The notes: a model not told the origin generated them from the letters alone. Counted from the stretch's first letter, positions 51,481 through 61,227 are shown. The stretch: 64,000 nt of DNA from Alphaproteobacteria bacterium (GCA_024743275.1 JANSWW010000007.1:4256-68255), one strand, 5' to 3'. Numbers and translations are program-made.

Positions 51481-52986
51481 CTATAGTGCCCGAACCATCG
51501 TTAAGAAGTCGTCAACGGTTCTGGAAAGCGCTTCCGCATCGGCGCTCAACTGCGAGGACGCGTTGACCATTTCGACGGAGGACCGTCCCGTTTCGGCGGA
51601 GGCCTCCTGCACGCCGTTCGTATTGTTGGTGACTTCCGCCGTCGCCGCCGACTGTTGTTCGACCGCCGAGGAGATCGCCGTCGAGATCGCCGACAATTCC
51701 TCGATCAGGCTCTGAATGGTGGCGGTCGATTTGACCGAGTCCTGCGTGGCGGAGCGGACATTGTTGATTTGTTTGGTGATGTCCTCCGTCGCGGATGCCG
51801 TCTGGGTCGCCAGCGCCTTGACCTCTGAGGCCACGACCGCGAAACCTTTACCGGCTTCTCCCGCCCGGGCCGCCTCGATGGTGGCATTCAAGGCCAAGAG
51901 ATTGGTCTGGTCCGCGATCTCTTTGATCAATTGAACGACTTCCCCAATCTTTTCGACAGAATGCGAGAGGCGTTCGGCGCTTTCCGACGACGCTTCCGAT
52001 GCCGCGACCGCGTCCCCGAATGTGGCGCTGGAGGCTTGAACCTGACGGCTGATCTCGTTGATCGAAGCGGTCAGTTCCTCGGCTGCGGTTGCCACCATTT
52101 GGGACTGGGCGCTGGTTTGTTCCGCTGTCGCCGAAAGCGACTCCGAGGTGGATTGGAGTTCCGTCGCGGCGGATGACACCGTGTCGACCACGCTTTTCAC
52201 ATCGGTCTCGAACTTGTCGGCCACCGCGACCCGGTCGGTCACGATGGACCAGCTGACCATGGCCGCCTCGTAGTCTCCGTTTTCGTCGGTCACCGCCGAG
52301 ACACGGAGGTCCAGGGTCTCGTCGCCCAGCATGATCTTGGCGTTGTGCGGAAGATTATCCGGATTTGACAGCATGGTGCGTTGATGGGACGGGTTCTTGT
52401 GGAAGACGTCGATCGTGTTGCCGACCAGGTCCTCCGCGGCGATCGGAATGAGATGCTCAAGTTTCTTCAGCGTTTCGATGGTCGTGCGGTTCGCATAGGT
52501 GATCTCGCAACTGTCCTTGTCGGCCATCATTACGTTGATCGGCATGTCATTCAGCATCTTCATGAGCTGCGCGGTCTTGCGTTCCTGCGCCACCTGCTCG
52601 GTCACCAGTTGCCAGGTGACCATCGGGCCGACATAGCGGCCCTGGGCGTCGCGCATCGCAGTGACCAACAGGTCCAGGATTTCCCCACCGATCTCGATTC
52701 GCGCCGCATGCGGAAGGTTGGCGGGGTCCCTCAGCATGGTCTGCTGGTGAGTCGGGTTCTTGTGGAACACGTCGATCGAGGCGCCGACGATCTCGTCGGC
52801 GGTAATCGGCAAGGCGTGTTCGATGGTCCGAAGCGTCTCGACCGTCGCCTTGTTGGCGTAGTTGATCGTGTAGCTGTTCAGGTCGCAGGTCATCACATTG
52901 ACCGGCATTTCCTGAAGCATCGACTCGAGAACCGGGCGCGAGAATTGGGCGGCGTCGCCCTCTGTTTTGACTAATCCGAAAAACAT
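51481..52986 (-). CDS. Soluble two-PAS chemoreceptor (Aer2-like heme PAS)
   Basis: Two repeats with [11 protein letters not shown] and a distal Trp, an MCP core and no TM. Confidence 0.9.
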   Translation of the reverse strand: MFFGLVKTEGDAAQFSRPVLESMLQEMPVNVMTCDLNSYTINYANKATVETLRTIEHALPITADEIVGASIDVFHKNPTHQQTMLRDPANLPHAARIEIGGEILDLLVTAMRDAQGRYVGPMVTWQLVTEQVAQERKTAQLMKMLNDMPINVMMADKDSCEITYANRTTIETLKKLEHLIPIAAEDLVGNTIDVFHKNPSHQRTMLSNPDNLPHNAKIMLGDETLDLRVSAVTDENGDYEAAMVSWSIVTDRVAVADKFETDVKSVVDTVSSAATELQSTSESLSATAEQTSAQSQMVATAAEELTASINEISRQVQASSATFGDAVAASEASSESAERLSHSVEKIGEVVQLIKEIADQTNLLALNATIEAARAGEAGKGFAVVASEVKALATQTASATEDITKQINNVRSATQDSVKSTATIQSLIEELSAISTAISSAVEQQSAATAEVTNNTNGVQEASAETGRSSVEMVNASSQLSADAEALSRTVDDFLTMVRAL

Positions 52987-53297
52987 CTTTTCGACCCTCC
53001 TTGGACTCCTTGGCAGCGAATCGGACGACCTTTGCGATTGGCGGGCTGTCCAATGCTTTGAATTTACCCACATGAAGATTGTGGCCTTAAGAGTTAACGA
53101 ATCCTTTCGGTTGAGGTATTTTTTTTGAAACACCTGTTTAATAGAGGGGTTCGAGGGTATTTCGAATTAATTTTCAGACGCTTAAGGGCGGAGTTCTTTT
53201 TTCGAATCCGTCTCAAAAACACAATTTGAAAGATGAGTGTGTAGAATTTTATGATTCTCTAATTAACGAATTAATCAAACTGAAAAGGCCCGGTCGG

Positions 53298-54110
53298 CTA
53301 ATCCAGCTTCGACCAATCGACATTCTCGGCGCCGTTCCCGTCATCGGCGGCGTCGAGGATGACCAGTTCTTCAAGGTCCCCGCGTTTCGCGGCCGTTGTG
53401 ACCCGGCCGAGGAAATCCGTGGCCGACTCGCCTTCATTGAGGACGCCGACAACGCAGGCCTTGGCACCGATGAGCGCTTTCAGGCGCTCGGCGACGATGG
53501 CGGCCCCCGCAACGCTCGTTTCCGGCAGCAGGGCGGCGGCGGTATCGCCGCTCAACGGGGCGACCGTATCCACATCCCGCAGGCCGTTGGAGATCAGGGA
53601 GATATCCTTGGCGGCGTTGTTCACCGCCAGGGCGACCATTCCGAGCGATCCGCCATAGCGGCGCTTGCGGCGGATCTCGTATTGCAGGATCGTGTCGAAC
53701 ACCCGGCGATCGGTGACGGCCGCCGATTGTCCGATGGCGGAGATCGCTTCCACATCCTTGAGCGCACGGCTCAGGGAAAGCTGGGTTTCGATCCGTGTCT
53801 TCAGGAGTCGCTTCTGGATCGGGCGCCGAACCAAATCCGTGACCGGCAGATCGACCTGGTCGATCTGGTCGGCCAACTCGCCGTCCACCACCAGCAGGGT
53901 CGGGATGATGTCGTCGAAGGCCAGCGTCGCCAGCATCTCGTTGACCCGGCCGACGGAGCGCCCGGCGAAAAGCACCGCCAGATCCGGCGATCTCGACCCG
54001 GTCGCCGGGTCTTCCCCGTCGATTGCCACCAGATCCGCGTCCGGGGCGATCTGCGCCACCAGGCCATGCTCCTCCGCGGTGGCGCCGACGAGAAAGATCG
54101 TGGTGGTCAT
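53298..54110 (-). CDS. Degenerate receiver + degenerate GGDEF protein with intact RxxD I-site
   Basis: PDLAVL / DLVRRP receiver remnants; RDVD-TVAPL-SGDTA in place of RxxD-x5-GGDEF. Confidence 0.7.
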   Translation of the reverse strand: MTTTIFLVGATAEEHGLVAQIAPDADLVAIDGEDPATGSRSPDLAVLFAGRSVGRVNEMLATLAFDDIIPTLLVVDGELADQIDQVDLPVTDLVRRPIQKRLLKTRIETQLSLSRALKDVEAISAIGQSAAVTDRRVFDTILQYEIRRKRRYGGSLGMVALAVNNAAKDISLISNGLRDVDTVAPLSGDTAAALLPETSVAGAAIVAERLKALIGAKACVVGVLNEGESATDFLGRVTTAAKRGDLEELVILDAADDGNGAENVDWSKLD

Positions 54111-55321
54111 GTCGGGACCCCGGACACCGGCGGGGGCAGGTCGTTGGACATCTGCGACGACAGGGTCGCCTGCATGCGCGAAAGCATGTCGCTCATCTGG
54201 TCGAAATTGATACGCCCCTTGGGATCGCCGCGGAGCGCGCGGTCGAAGATGTTCACACAGTGGAGCAGCGCCGAACAGGTGAAGCCCAGCACCCAGTAGC
54301 GGGTGGCCGCCGTGCGGAAGAAGTCCCGCAGCGGCCGCGGATCGTGCTGTTCGAAAAACGCCTGATAGGCCGCGTCATAATCGTTGAACACCTGCCGGAC
54401 ACTGCGCAGCAGATGTTCGAGCTGATGGAAAACCTGGCGCTTATGCATTTCCAGGCCTTCCATATAGATCCTGTATTGGGAGGCATCGACCGGCCGGGCA
54501 TAGGGCGACCGGAACCAGCCAACCACCGTCTTCAGCCCGTGGGCGTTCTTCGCGAAGAGATACTGATAGTAGGAAACGCCCTTCCAGCCATCGAACACGC
54601 TGTCGACTTCCTTCTCGTCGATCCGGAAGGCTTTGATGAACAGGCGCGCCTCCGGCAGGCTCGGATCCCAGATGGCGTCGATGAAGCGTTGGGTCGTATC
54701 GTTGCCGCCGCCGCTCTTCTTTTTGGTATGGCCCTCCAGCGCGAACTGGATGATCGGCTGGATACGGGCGGTCAGGTGACGTTTGATCTCCCGCTCCTCG
54801 CCAGGCGGCAGGTCGAAGAATCGTCCGTCGATGTCGACTTTCTCGCGCTCCAACGAGGTCTTGAGAAGGAAGGGGTCGAGCGACGGCGCCTGATCGAGAA
54901 TGGTCAGTTTCTTGATGTCGCCGTCGAGGTCCTCGCCTTCGATGTCGAGGCCGAAATAATGGCCCAGCAGCTCTTGAAACTGCTTTTGGCGCAGATAGAT
55001 GGCGGCTCCGCCGATCTCCATCCGCCGGTCGTCGTTGGGCACGAAAATCGCCGTCTCGATCGGCTTGTCGAGTTCCGCGAGCTTGCTACCCGCCCCGAAA
55101 TCGAAGCCCCGCATGTCCGCGAGTTCGATATCGAAATTCGGGTATTTGAAGATGATAACCTTGTTGAGGCTTTCGCGCGCGAAGAAGCGGGCGTCGTCCC
55201 CAAGCTCCTTCCGTTTCCGGATGAGATTGAAGGTGATGCTGGAACCACCATTGAGGATCTGATCCAAAATCGGTGTCAGAGTCTTGGCGCTGCTCCCGGA
55301 ACTACGACCGCCACCGTACAT
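54107..55321 (-). CDS. Uncharacterised protein (404 aa, PSLDPFLL motif)
   Basis: Long ORF with GAGG SD and ATGA overlap with the downstream gene; no function recognised. Confidence 0.8.
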   Translation of the reverse strand: MYGGGRSSGSSAKTLTPILDQILNGGSSITFNLIRKRKELGDDARFFARESLNKVIIFKYPNFDIELADMRGFDFGAGSKLAELDKPIETAIFVPNDDRRMEIGGAAIYLRQKQFQELLGHYFGLDIEGEDLDGDIKKLTILDQAPSLDPFLLKTSLEREKVDIDGRFFDLPPGEEREIKRHLTARIQPIIQFALEGHTKKKSGGGNDTTQRFIDAIWDPSLPEARLFIKAFRIDEKEVDSVFDGWKGVSYYQYLFAKNAHGLKTVVGWFRSPYARPVDASQYRIYMEGLEMHKRQVFHQLEHLLRSVRQVFNDYDAAYQAFFEQHDPRPLRDFFRTAATRYWVLGFTCSALLHCVNIFDRALRGDPKGRINFDQMSDMLSRMQATLSSQMSNDLPPPVSGVPT

Positions 55322-55533
55322 TTAGACCTCGTTCGGATTTACGTTACGGCCAAACCTAGAGCGCCCGGAGCCGGTTAGCAATTTATTCCATGGGCTCAAA
55401 CGGCGTGCATTGGTCTTCTCTGATCCGCGCGCCATCCGGCCGCCCGTCGTCATACGAATGTGCTGGCGGACGCGCGGGCGGCGGTCGGCGCGTCCTTTGC
55501 GCCAACCGACAATGATCCAGCATGGAGAGCGGT

Positions 55534-56118
55534 TCAGTCCAGCAGACGAAGCGTTTCGTCGATAATGCCGACGGCCCGGGCGCGGTCTTTGCGCATGCGC
55601 AGGGTGACCCGGATCCCGATGAGGGTGTTGATGAAGATCTGGGCCAGCAGCCGGGCATCCTTCTCGATCCCGAGCTGACCCTGCGCCTGGGCTTTCTCAA
55701 GCCGTTTGACGAGAATCTCCTCGGTATCCAGGAAGCCGTTCCAGATACGCTCGTTCGCGGTCTCGTCGAACGGTCCGAGCTCGACGGCCGAATTCGCGAG
55801 CATGCAGCCGCAGTACTCGCCCTCGCCCAGCGAGAAGTCGATCACGCTTGTGAAATACGCCTGCAGCGCCGTCTTGATGGGAGCCGCGTCGTTGCCGAGG
55901 CCGGTTTCCATACGATGATTGCGGTGGGCGATATAACTGTCCAAGGCCTCGAAATAGAGAGCCTGTTTATCGCCGAAGGCCGCATAAATGCTGCCCCGGT
56001 TCATATTCATGGCTTTTTCGAGCACCGGATAGGATGTCCGCTCGTAGCCGTAGCGCCAGAAGGTGCGCATGGCTGCGTCGAGGGCATCGTCTCTATCGTA
56101 TTCGCGGGGACGTGACAT
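55534..56118 (-). CDS. TetR/AcrR-family regulator
   Basis: MSRPREYD..FWRYGYERTS..SIYAAFGDK and GCML. Confidence 0.93.
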   Translation of the reverse strand: MSRPREYDRDDALDAAMRTFWRYGYERTSYPVLEKAMNMNRGSIYAAFGDKQALYFEALDSYIAHRNHRMETGLGNDAAPIKTALQAYFTSVIDFSLGEGEYCGCMLANSAVELGPFDETANERIWNGFLDTEEILVKRLEKAQAQGQLGIEKDARLLAQIFINTLIGIRVTLRMRKDRARAVGIIDETLRLLD

Positions 56119-56439
56119 GTGTCTCTAACCGAAGTTCTTATTTCGCGCGGCTCTGCCGCGTTCTCACACCTACGTTTAGGTATACTCCGTAAAAATTTAG
56201 TAAAGAGGAATCGGTCTCGTTTGAAGCGGGCGTTTGATGGAGTGCCCGGGCTCGGCAGGGCGCTTTTCCCGCAGACGGTTTTCCGGTAGAGGAGGGGTGG
56301 AGCGGGCCCGCCCCCGCGACGCAAAAACCTTTGCCTTGCGCTTGAAACACCGAAGAATGCCCAAAGAATCGAAGGATCGACGGGGTTTCTGCCTTAGATT
56401 TACTAAGGTCCACCTTTCACGGTAATTCAACAGGATTCC

Positions 56440-58536
56440 ATGGATCAACTCTGGCTCCTCATTTCGGCGGCCCTCGTCCTGTTCATGCAGGCGGGGTTTG
56501 TATGCATCGAAGCAGGGCTGGTCCGCGCCAAGAACATGATCAATGTGGCGATCAAGAACGTCTTGGACGCCGCCATCGCATTTCTGCTGTTCATTCTGTT
56601 CGGGTTCGGCCTGATGTTCGGCGACACCATCGGCGGGTATGTGGGGGTCGTGCCGGACAGTCTCGATCTGAGCATGCAAGGCGGCGCCTTTCTGCTGTTC
56701 CAGATGGTCTTCTGCACCACCGCGACCACCATCGTCTCCGGCGCCGTTGCCGAGCGTATGAGTTTTCGCGGCTATCTGGTGATCGCCGCCATCACGGCGG
56801 GGGTGATCTATCCGATCTTCGGCCATTGGGCCTGGAATGGCGTGGACGGTGGCACCTACTCCGGATGGCTTGGGGAGATCGGGTTCCGCGACTTCGCCGG
56901 GGCCATGGTCGTGCACGGGATCGGCGGGTTCGTCGCCCTCGCCGCGATTCTGGTGATCGGCCCGCGGATCGGCCGTTTCGGACCGGGCGGGAAGCGCATC
57001 GACGGTCAGAATCCCGCACTGTCGGCGATCGGCCTTCTGGTCATGTGGGTCGGCTGGATCGGTTTCAACGGCGGTAGTGAGCTCGCCTTCACCGAGAATG
57101 TACCGCGCATCATCATCGTGACCCTCGCCGCCGGGGCGGCGGGCGGAATCGCCGTCCTGATGCGCGTCCCCCTGACGGGAAAGCCGCCACCGGTCGAGGT
57201 CATCGTCAACGGATCCTTCGCCGGCCTCGTCGCCATCACCGCCTGCGCCAACTCCGTCGGCGTGACGGACGGTGTGATCATCGGCGCGATCGCCGGCCTT
57301 GTCTGCTACGCCGGGATTCGATTGCTGGAAATCCTGCGGATCGACGATGCGGTCGGCGCGGTGCCGGCCCATCTCTTCGCCGGGGCCTGGGGCATCCTCG
57401 CGGTCGGCATCTGGGGCGATCCGGAGGTGCTGGGAACGGGTCTGAGCCGGATCGATCAGATCCTTGTCCAGTTGCTCGGTATCGCGGTGGCCGCCGGGTT
57501 CGCCTTCACGACCGCCTTCGTGCTGTTGACCCTCATCAATCTGGCCACCCCGCTGCGCGTGCCGCCGCAGGCCGAGGAGATCGGCCTGAACATCGCGGAG
57601 CACGGTGCCTCGTCGGACCTGATCAAGCTGGTCGGTGAGATGGATCTGCACCGCGCGACCGGTGATTTCTCCCGGCCGGTCGAGGTTCCCTACGGGACCG
57701 AGGTCGCCGCGATCGCCGCCCAGTACAACGAGGTCACCTCGAAGTTTCGCGAACTGGACGCCGACAAGGCCAAGGCGCTCGAAGCGCTGCGGGAGGCCCG
57801 CGATCACGCGGAAAGCGCAAACCGGTCCAAAAGCGCCTTCCTGGCCGCCATGAGCCATGAATTGCGGACGCCGCTCAACGCCATTATCGGCTTCTCCGAA
57901 CTGCTGACCTCTCAGATCCACGGCGTTCTGGGGCATGAGCGCTACAAGGAATACGCGACCGACATCCAGGACAGCGGACGGCATCTGCTCTCGATCATCA
58001 ACGATATCCTCGACTACTCGAAAATCGAGGCGGGGCGCTATGAGTTGAACGAGGAGGAGATGCCGGTTGAGCGTGTCGTTCAGGACGCCCTGCGCATGGT
58101 CCGGGTTCAGGCGAGCAGCAAGTCGATCGAGATCGAGGTTTCCATCGCCGACACCGTGCCGCGGATCGTCGCCGACCGCCGTGCCATTCGCCAGGTTCTG
58201 CTCAACCTCCTTTCCAACGCGGTCAAGTTCACCGACACCGGCGGTCGCATCCGGCTCGTCTGCGAGGTCGAGGAAGATGGCAGGGTCGCGATCTCCGTCA
58301 CCGATAACGGGGTCGGGATGAGCCGGGCGGAGATCACGGTCGCCCTGGAGGCCTTCGGTCAGGTGCAGTCGGACTACACCACGAAATCGGCCGGGACAGG
58401 CCTCGGTCTGCCGCTTGCCAGACTTCTGATGCAGCAGCATGGTGGAACCTTGACGATCGACAGCGTCAAGGGAGAGGGCACCCGGGTGACCCTGCGCTTG
58501 CCCCCGGACCGGTCGGTTCGCGATACGGTCGCGTGA
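56440..58536 (+). CDS. Ammonium transporter (Amt)-histidine kinase fusion
   Basis: Amt motifs MQAGF, SGAVAER, DFAG..VVH, GWIGFNGGS and DD..AVPAH, followed in frame by SHELRTPLNAIIGFSE and a HATPase domain. Confidence 0.95.
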   Translation: MDQLWLLISAALVLFMQAGFVCIEAGLVRAKNMINVAIKNVLDAAIAFLLFILFGFGLMFGDTIGGYVGVVPDSLDLSMQGGAFLLFQMVFCTTATTIVSGAVAERMSFRGYLVIAAITAGVIYPIFGHWAWNGVDGGTYSGWLGEIGFRDFAGAMVVHGIGGFVALAAILVIGPRIGRFGPGGKRIDGQNPALSAIGLLVMWVGWIGFNGGSELAFTENVPRIIIVTLAAGAAGGIAVLMRVPLTGKPPPVEVIVNGSFAGLVAITACANSVGVTDGVIIGAIAGLVCYAGIRLLEILRIDDAVGAVPAHLFAGAWGILAVGIWGDPEVLGTGLSRIDQILVQLLGIAVAAGFAFTTAFVLLTLINLATPLRVPPQAEEIGLNIAEHGASSDLIKLVGEMDLHRATGDFSRPVEVPYGTEVAAIAAQYNEVTSKFRELDADKAKALEALREARDHAESANRSKSAFLAAMSHELRTPLNAIIGFSELLTSQIHGVLGHERYKEYATDIQDSGRHLLSIINDILDYSKIEAGRYELNEEEMPVERVVQDALRMVRVQASSKSIEIEVSIADTVPRIVADRRAIRQVLLNLLSNAVKFTDTGGRIRLVCEVEEDGRVAISVTDNGVGMSRAEITVALEAFGQVQSDYTTKSAGTGLGLPLARLLMQQHGGTLTIDSVKGEGTRVTLRLPPDRSVRDTVA

Positions 58537-58570
58537 CCGGGATCTTCCGCGCGCGGAAAGGAATTGAGAC

Positions 58571-59107
58571 GTGGCAACGGGTGTGATTCGGCCGGCCCGG
58601 CCCGAGGATGCCGAACGCTTGATCGCCGTGCATCGCGCGGCGGTGCTCTCCATCGACCCGGCGGGCGGACCCCCGGCAGGCGGACCCCCGGCGGGGGGAC
58701 ACTATAACCGGGCGGTGTTGGAGGGATGGGCCTCTCCCGCGACAAAAGAGTCGGCTGAAACCATGGCCCGGTCGATCGCCGAAGTCGCCGAACACGCCTT
58801 CATCGCCGAATCGAGTCCGGCGACACTGGGCTGGTTCTCGCTCACGCCGGACGGCGCCCATGTCCGGGCCTTCTATGTCGCCCCGGAATTCGCCCGGCGC
58901 GGTGTCGGGCAGGCTATGATGGCGGTCGCCGCCGCGGCGTCACGGTCGCTGGGCAACGAGGTGCTGAGCATCCATGCGTCCTTGAACGCGGTCTCCTTCT
59001 ATCGCGGGCAGGGTTTCATCGGGGAGGAGCGGGTGACGGTGCCGCTCGGCGGCGAGATCGACATCGAGGCGATCGCCATGACCCTGGTGCTGCCGAAGAC
59101 CGGCTAG
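58571..59107 (+). CDS. GNAT acetyltransferase
   Basis: IRPARPED, YVAPEFARRGVG and ASLNAVSFY. Confidence 0.9.
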   Translation: MATGVIRPARPEDAERLIAVHRAAVLSIDPAGGPPAGGPPAGGHYNRAVLEGWASPATKESAETMARSIAEVAEHAFIAESSPATLGWFSLTPDGAHVRAFYVAPEFARRGVGQAMMAVAAAASRSLGNEVLSIHASLNAVSFYRGQGFIGEERVTVPLGGEIDIEAIAMTLVLPKTG

Positions 59108-59730
59108 GCGACCTTGAGCACGCAGATATAGGCCCGGGTCTCCGTCGCCTGGATATAGTCGTCATAGCGGATCTCAAGGGTTTCGGCCGTCCCGTCCGCG
59201 GCGAGCCGGTCGAAGAAGCCGCGATAGTCCCGGTCGTCGAAGACGATCTCGTTCACCGTGAAGCACAGGAGCCCGCCGGGCTTCACCAACCCCATCAGCG
59301 GCAGCAGATGGTCGGGCAGGATCTCGTTGATCGAGAAGGTTCCGACCGACACCATCGCGTCGTAGGAGCGGGCGGGGAAATCGAGCGGCGCGCGGATGTC
59401 GGCGACCGTGAGGCTGCGGTAAATGCCCTTCTTCGCCGCCTCGTCCAACATCTCCTGAATGACGTCGACGGCGTCGATGACGCGATAGCCGAGATCGTGG
59501 AGCGCCTGTCCCGCCAATCCGGTGCCGGCGCCGACCTCAAGGATCTCGATATCGGTGTCGGGCTGATGGCGATGGAACAGTTCGGCGGTGCGCAGCGGGG
59601 CGACATAGCTGTAGTCGCCCGTCAGTTCCGCGTCATAGCTCTTGGCCCAGCGCCGGTAAAGATCCTGCCGTTTCTCTTCCGTGTCCGCGTCATAGGCTTC
59701 CTTGAGAAATCCTTTTCTTTCCATCGCCAT
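59104..59730 (-). CDS. Class I SAM methyltransferase
   Basis: Y..WAKSYD, ILEVGAGTG and VKPGG; start 59730 with GGAGG. Confidence 0.9.
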   Translation of the reverse strand: MAMERKGFLKEAYDADTEEKRQDLYRRWAKSYDAELTGDYSYVAPLRTAELFHRHQPDTDIEILEVGAGTGLAGQALHDLGYRVIDAVDVIQEMLDEAAKKGIYRSLTVADIRAPLDFPARSYDAMVSVGTFSINEILPDHLLPLMGLVKPGGLLCFTVNEIVFDDRDYRGFFDRLAADGTAETLEIRYDDYIQATETRAYICVLKVA

Positions 59731-59811
59731 TGCCGCCTCCCCGGTTCGAAACGCGCTGAATTTCAGAACCATATCATAGAAGCGGGCTGAGTTCGGCGCG
59801 GGTGCCGCGAC

Positions 59812-59840
59812 CTTGATTAGGTCTTCGTCCTCCCCCATTT
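59812..59840 (+). promoter_or_regulatory. RpoH (sigma32) promoter
   Basis: CTTGAT-N15-CCCCATTT upstream of a small heat-shock gene. Confidence 0.75.
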
Positions 59841-59959
59841 TAGGGGCGTAGCGCCGCGTGATGCGGGCTGCCGACAGGCCGGGCGCCAAGATGGGTCCGG
59901 CGGTCGACATTCCAACAAGGGCCGCCACAGGCTCCGCAGGGGTTGTCCGGTGGGTCCGT

Positions 59960-59980
59960 CTCGCTTCGTGATGAAGGAGG
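59960..59980 (+). promoter_or_regulatory. ROSE-like RNA thermometer, SD hairpin
   Basis: CUC(G)CUUC-GUGAU-GAAGGAG: U(U/C)GCU motif pairing with the SD, with a bulged G. Confidence 0.7.
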
Positions 59981-59992
59981 CTCGATAAGAGG

Positions 59993-60400
59993 ATGTCCCG
60001 TTTGTCTTCGCTGAATTCCCCCCTTCTTTTGGGGTTCGAACAGTTCGAGCGCACGCTCGATCGTCTTCAGAAAGCATCTCAGGACGGCTATCCGCCCTAC
60101 AATATCGAACAGCTCGACGGATCCGGCCTCCGGATCACGCTCGCGGTCGCCGGATTCGCCCGCGACGAACTCGATATTACGGTCGAAAACAATCAGCTCA
60201 CCATCCGCGGCCAGAAGGCCGAGGAGGACGAGAACCGGGTGTTTCTGCACCGTGGGATCGCGTCCCGGCAGTTCCAGCGCACCTTCGTTCTCGCCGACGG
60301 GATCGAGGTGACCGACGCGGGGCTGGACAACGGCCTGTTGAACATCGACCTCGCCCGCCCCGAACCCGCCGTTCAGGTGCGGAAGATCGATATCTCGTAA
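59993..60400 (+). CDS. ibpA: Small heat shock protein (Hsp20, IbpA-like)
   Basis: YPPYNIE, LAVAGF, LHRGIASRQFQRTF and NGLL. Confidence 0.92.
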   Translation: MSRLSSLNSPLLLGFEQFERTLDRLQKASQDGYPPYNIEQLDGSGLRITLAVAGFARDELDITVENNQLTIRGQKAEEDENRVFLHRGIASRQFQRTFVLADGIEVTDAGLDNGLLNIDLARPEPAVQVRKIDIS

Positions 60401-60419
60401 ATCTGAGGATGAACGAAGA

Positions 60420-60641
60420 ATGCACACCGAAAACCAAATCTGGTCGAGACTGAGTGCCCGGGATTTCGCCGCGTTGGGGCTCAACGAGGTGGCGTATATC
60501 ACGAAACTCTTGGACGAGGCCGGCAATTCCGCCTTCGTGGTCCGGGCCGCCAATGGCCAGGAGATCGGCACCATGAGCAAGCGCGACATCGCGGTCGCGG
60601 CCGTGCGGCAGCACGATATGGAGCCGCTCAGCGTCCACTGA
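60420..60641 (+). CDS. DUF1150-family protein
   Basis: FAALGLNEVAYI..AANG..EPLSVH; follows Hsp20. Confidence 0.8.
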   Translation: MHTENQIWSRLSARDFAALGLNEVAYITKLLDEAGNSAFVVRAANGQEIGTMSKRDIAVAAVRQHDMEPLSVH

Positions 60642-60674
60642 TTTTAGGAAGACCCCGGAAATCGCGGGAAAGGG

Positions 60675-60697
60675 ACCCGCCGCGTGTGGCGGCGGGT
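60675..60697. terminator. Hairpin between convergent genes
   Basis: ACCCGCCGC-GTGTG-GCGGCGGGT. Confidence 0.5.
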
Positions 60698-60708
60698 GGA
60701 CTCGGGGA

Positions 60709-60760
60709 CGTCTCTCGGGGGCGTCTCTCGGGGGCGTCTCTCGGGGGCGTCTCTCGGGGG
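60709..60760. repeat. 13-bp tandem repeat x4
   Basis: CGTCTCTCGGGGG, four perfect copies. Confidence 0.95.
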
Positions 60761-60765
60761 AGCCT

Positions 60766-61227
60766 CTAGGCCGCGTCGTCGATCCTGGGTGCCAGGATCT
60801 CGTGGGCCGCGGCGGCGGTGAGCGCTTCCCGCAGGCACCCGCAGACCTCCTGGTCGCGCAGGCACCGGGAGACCTTGGCCAACGCCTTCAAATGATCGCC
60901 GCCCTCGTCCTCCGGGGCCAGCAGCAGGAAAACGAGATCGACCGGCTCATCGTCGACGGCGTCGAAATCCACTGGGTCGGTCAACCTGGCGAACACCCCA
61001 TAGACCGTGTCGAGACCTTCGAGCCGGCCATGGGGAATGGCGATGCCTTTCCCCACACCGGTGGACCCGAGACGCTCCCGCTGCAGCAGGGTGTCGAGGA
61101 TGACCCGTTTTTCGATATTGGTTTTCTCGGCCGCGATGGTGGCGAGTTCGATAAGGACCTGCTTTTTGGTCGTCGCCTTGAGATCGACGACGACCTGTTC
61201 CGGCCCCAGAAATTCTCTGAGTGGCAT
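60766..61227 (-). CDS. ptsN: PTS EIIA(Ntr)
   Basis: RERLGSTGVGKGIAIPHG and HLKALA. Confidence 0.95.
   Translation of the reverse strand: MPLREFLGPEQVVVDLKATTKKQVLIELATIAAEKTNIEKRVILDTLLQRERLGSTGVGKGIAIPHGRLEGLDTVYGVFARLTDPVDFDAVDDEPVDLVFLLLAPEDEGGDHLKALAKVSRCLRDQEVCGCLREALTAAAAHEILAPRIDDAA

Noticed and set aside
53087..53274. Full CtrA boxes upstream of the Aer2-like MCP
   Set aside because: Several TTAA half-sites but with 3, 4 or 11 nt spacing rather than 7.
59731..60054. Long N-terminal extension of the methyltransferase
   Set aside because: Runs through the ibpA promoter and leader; a good SD supports the start at 59730.
60709..60760. CRISPR array
   Set aside because: Units are 13 bp and directly adjacent, with no spacers and no cas genes; the same applies to the repeats at 22382 and 39140.
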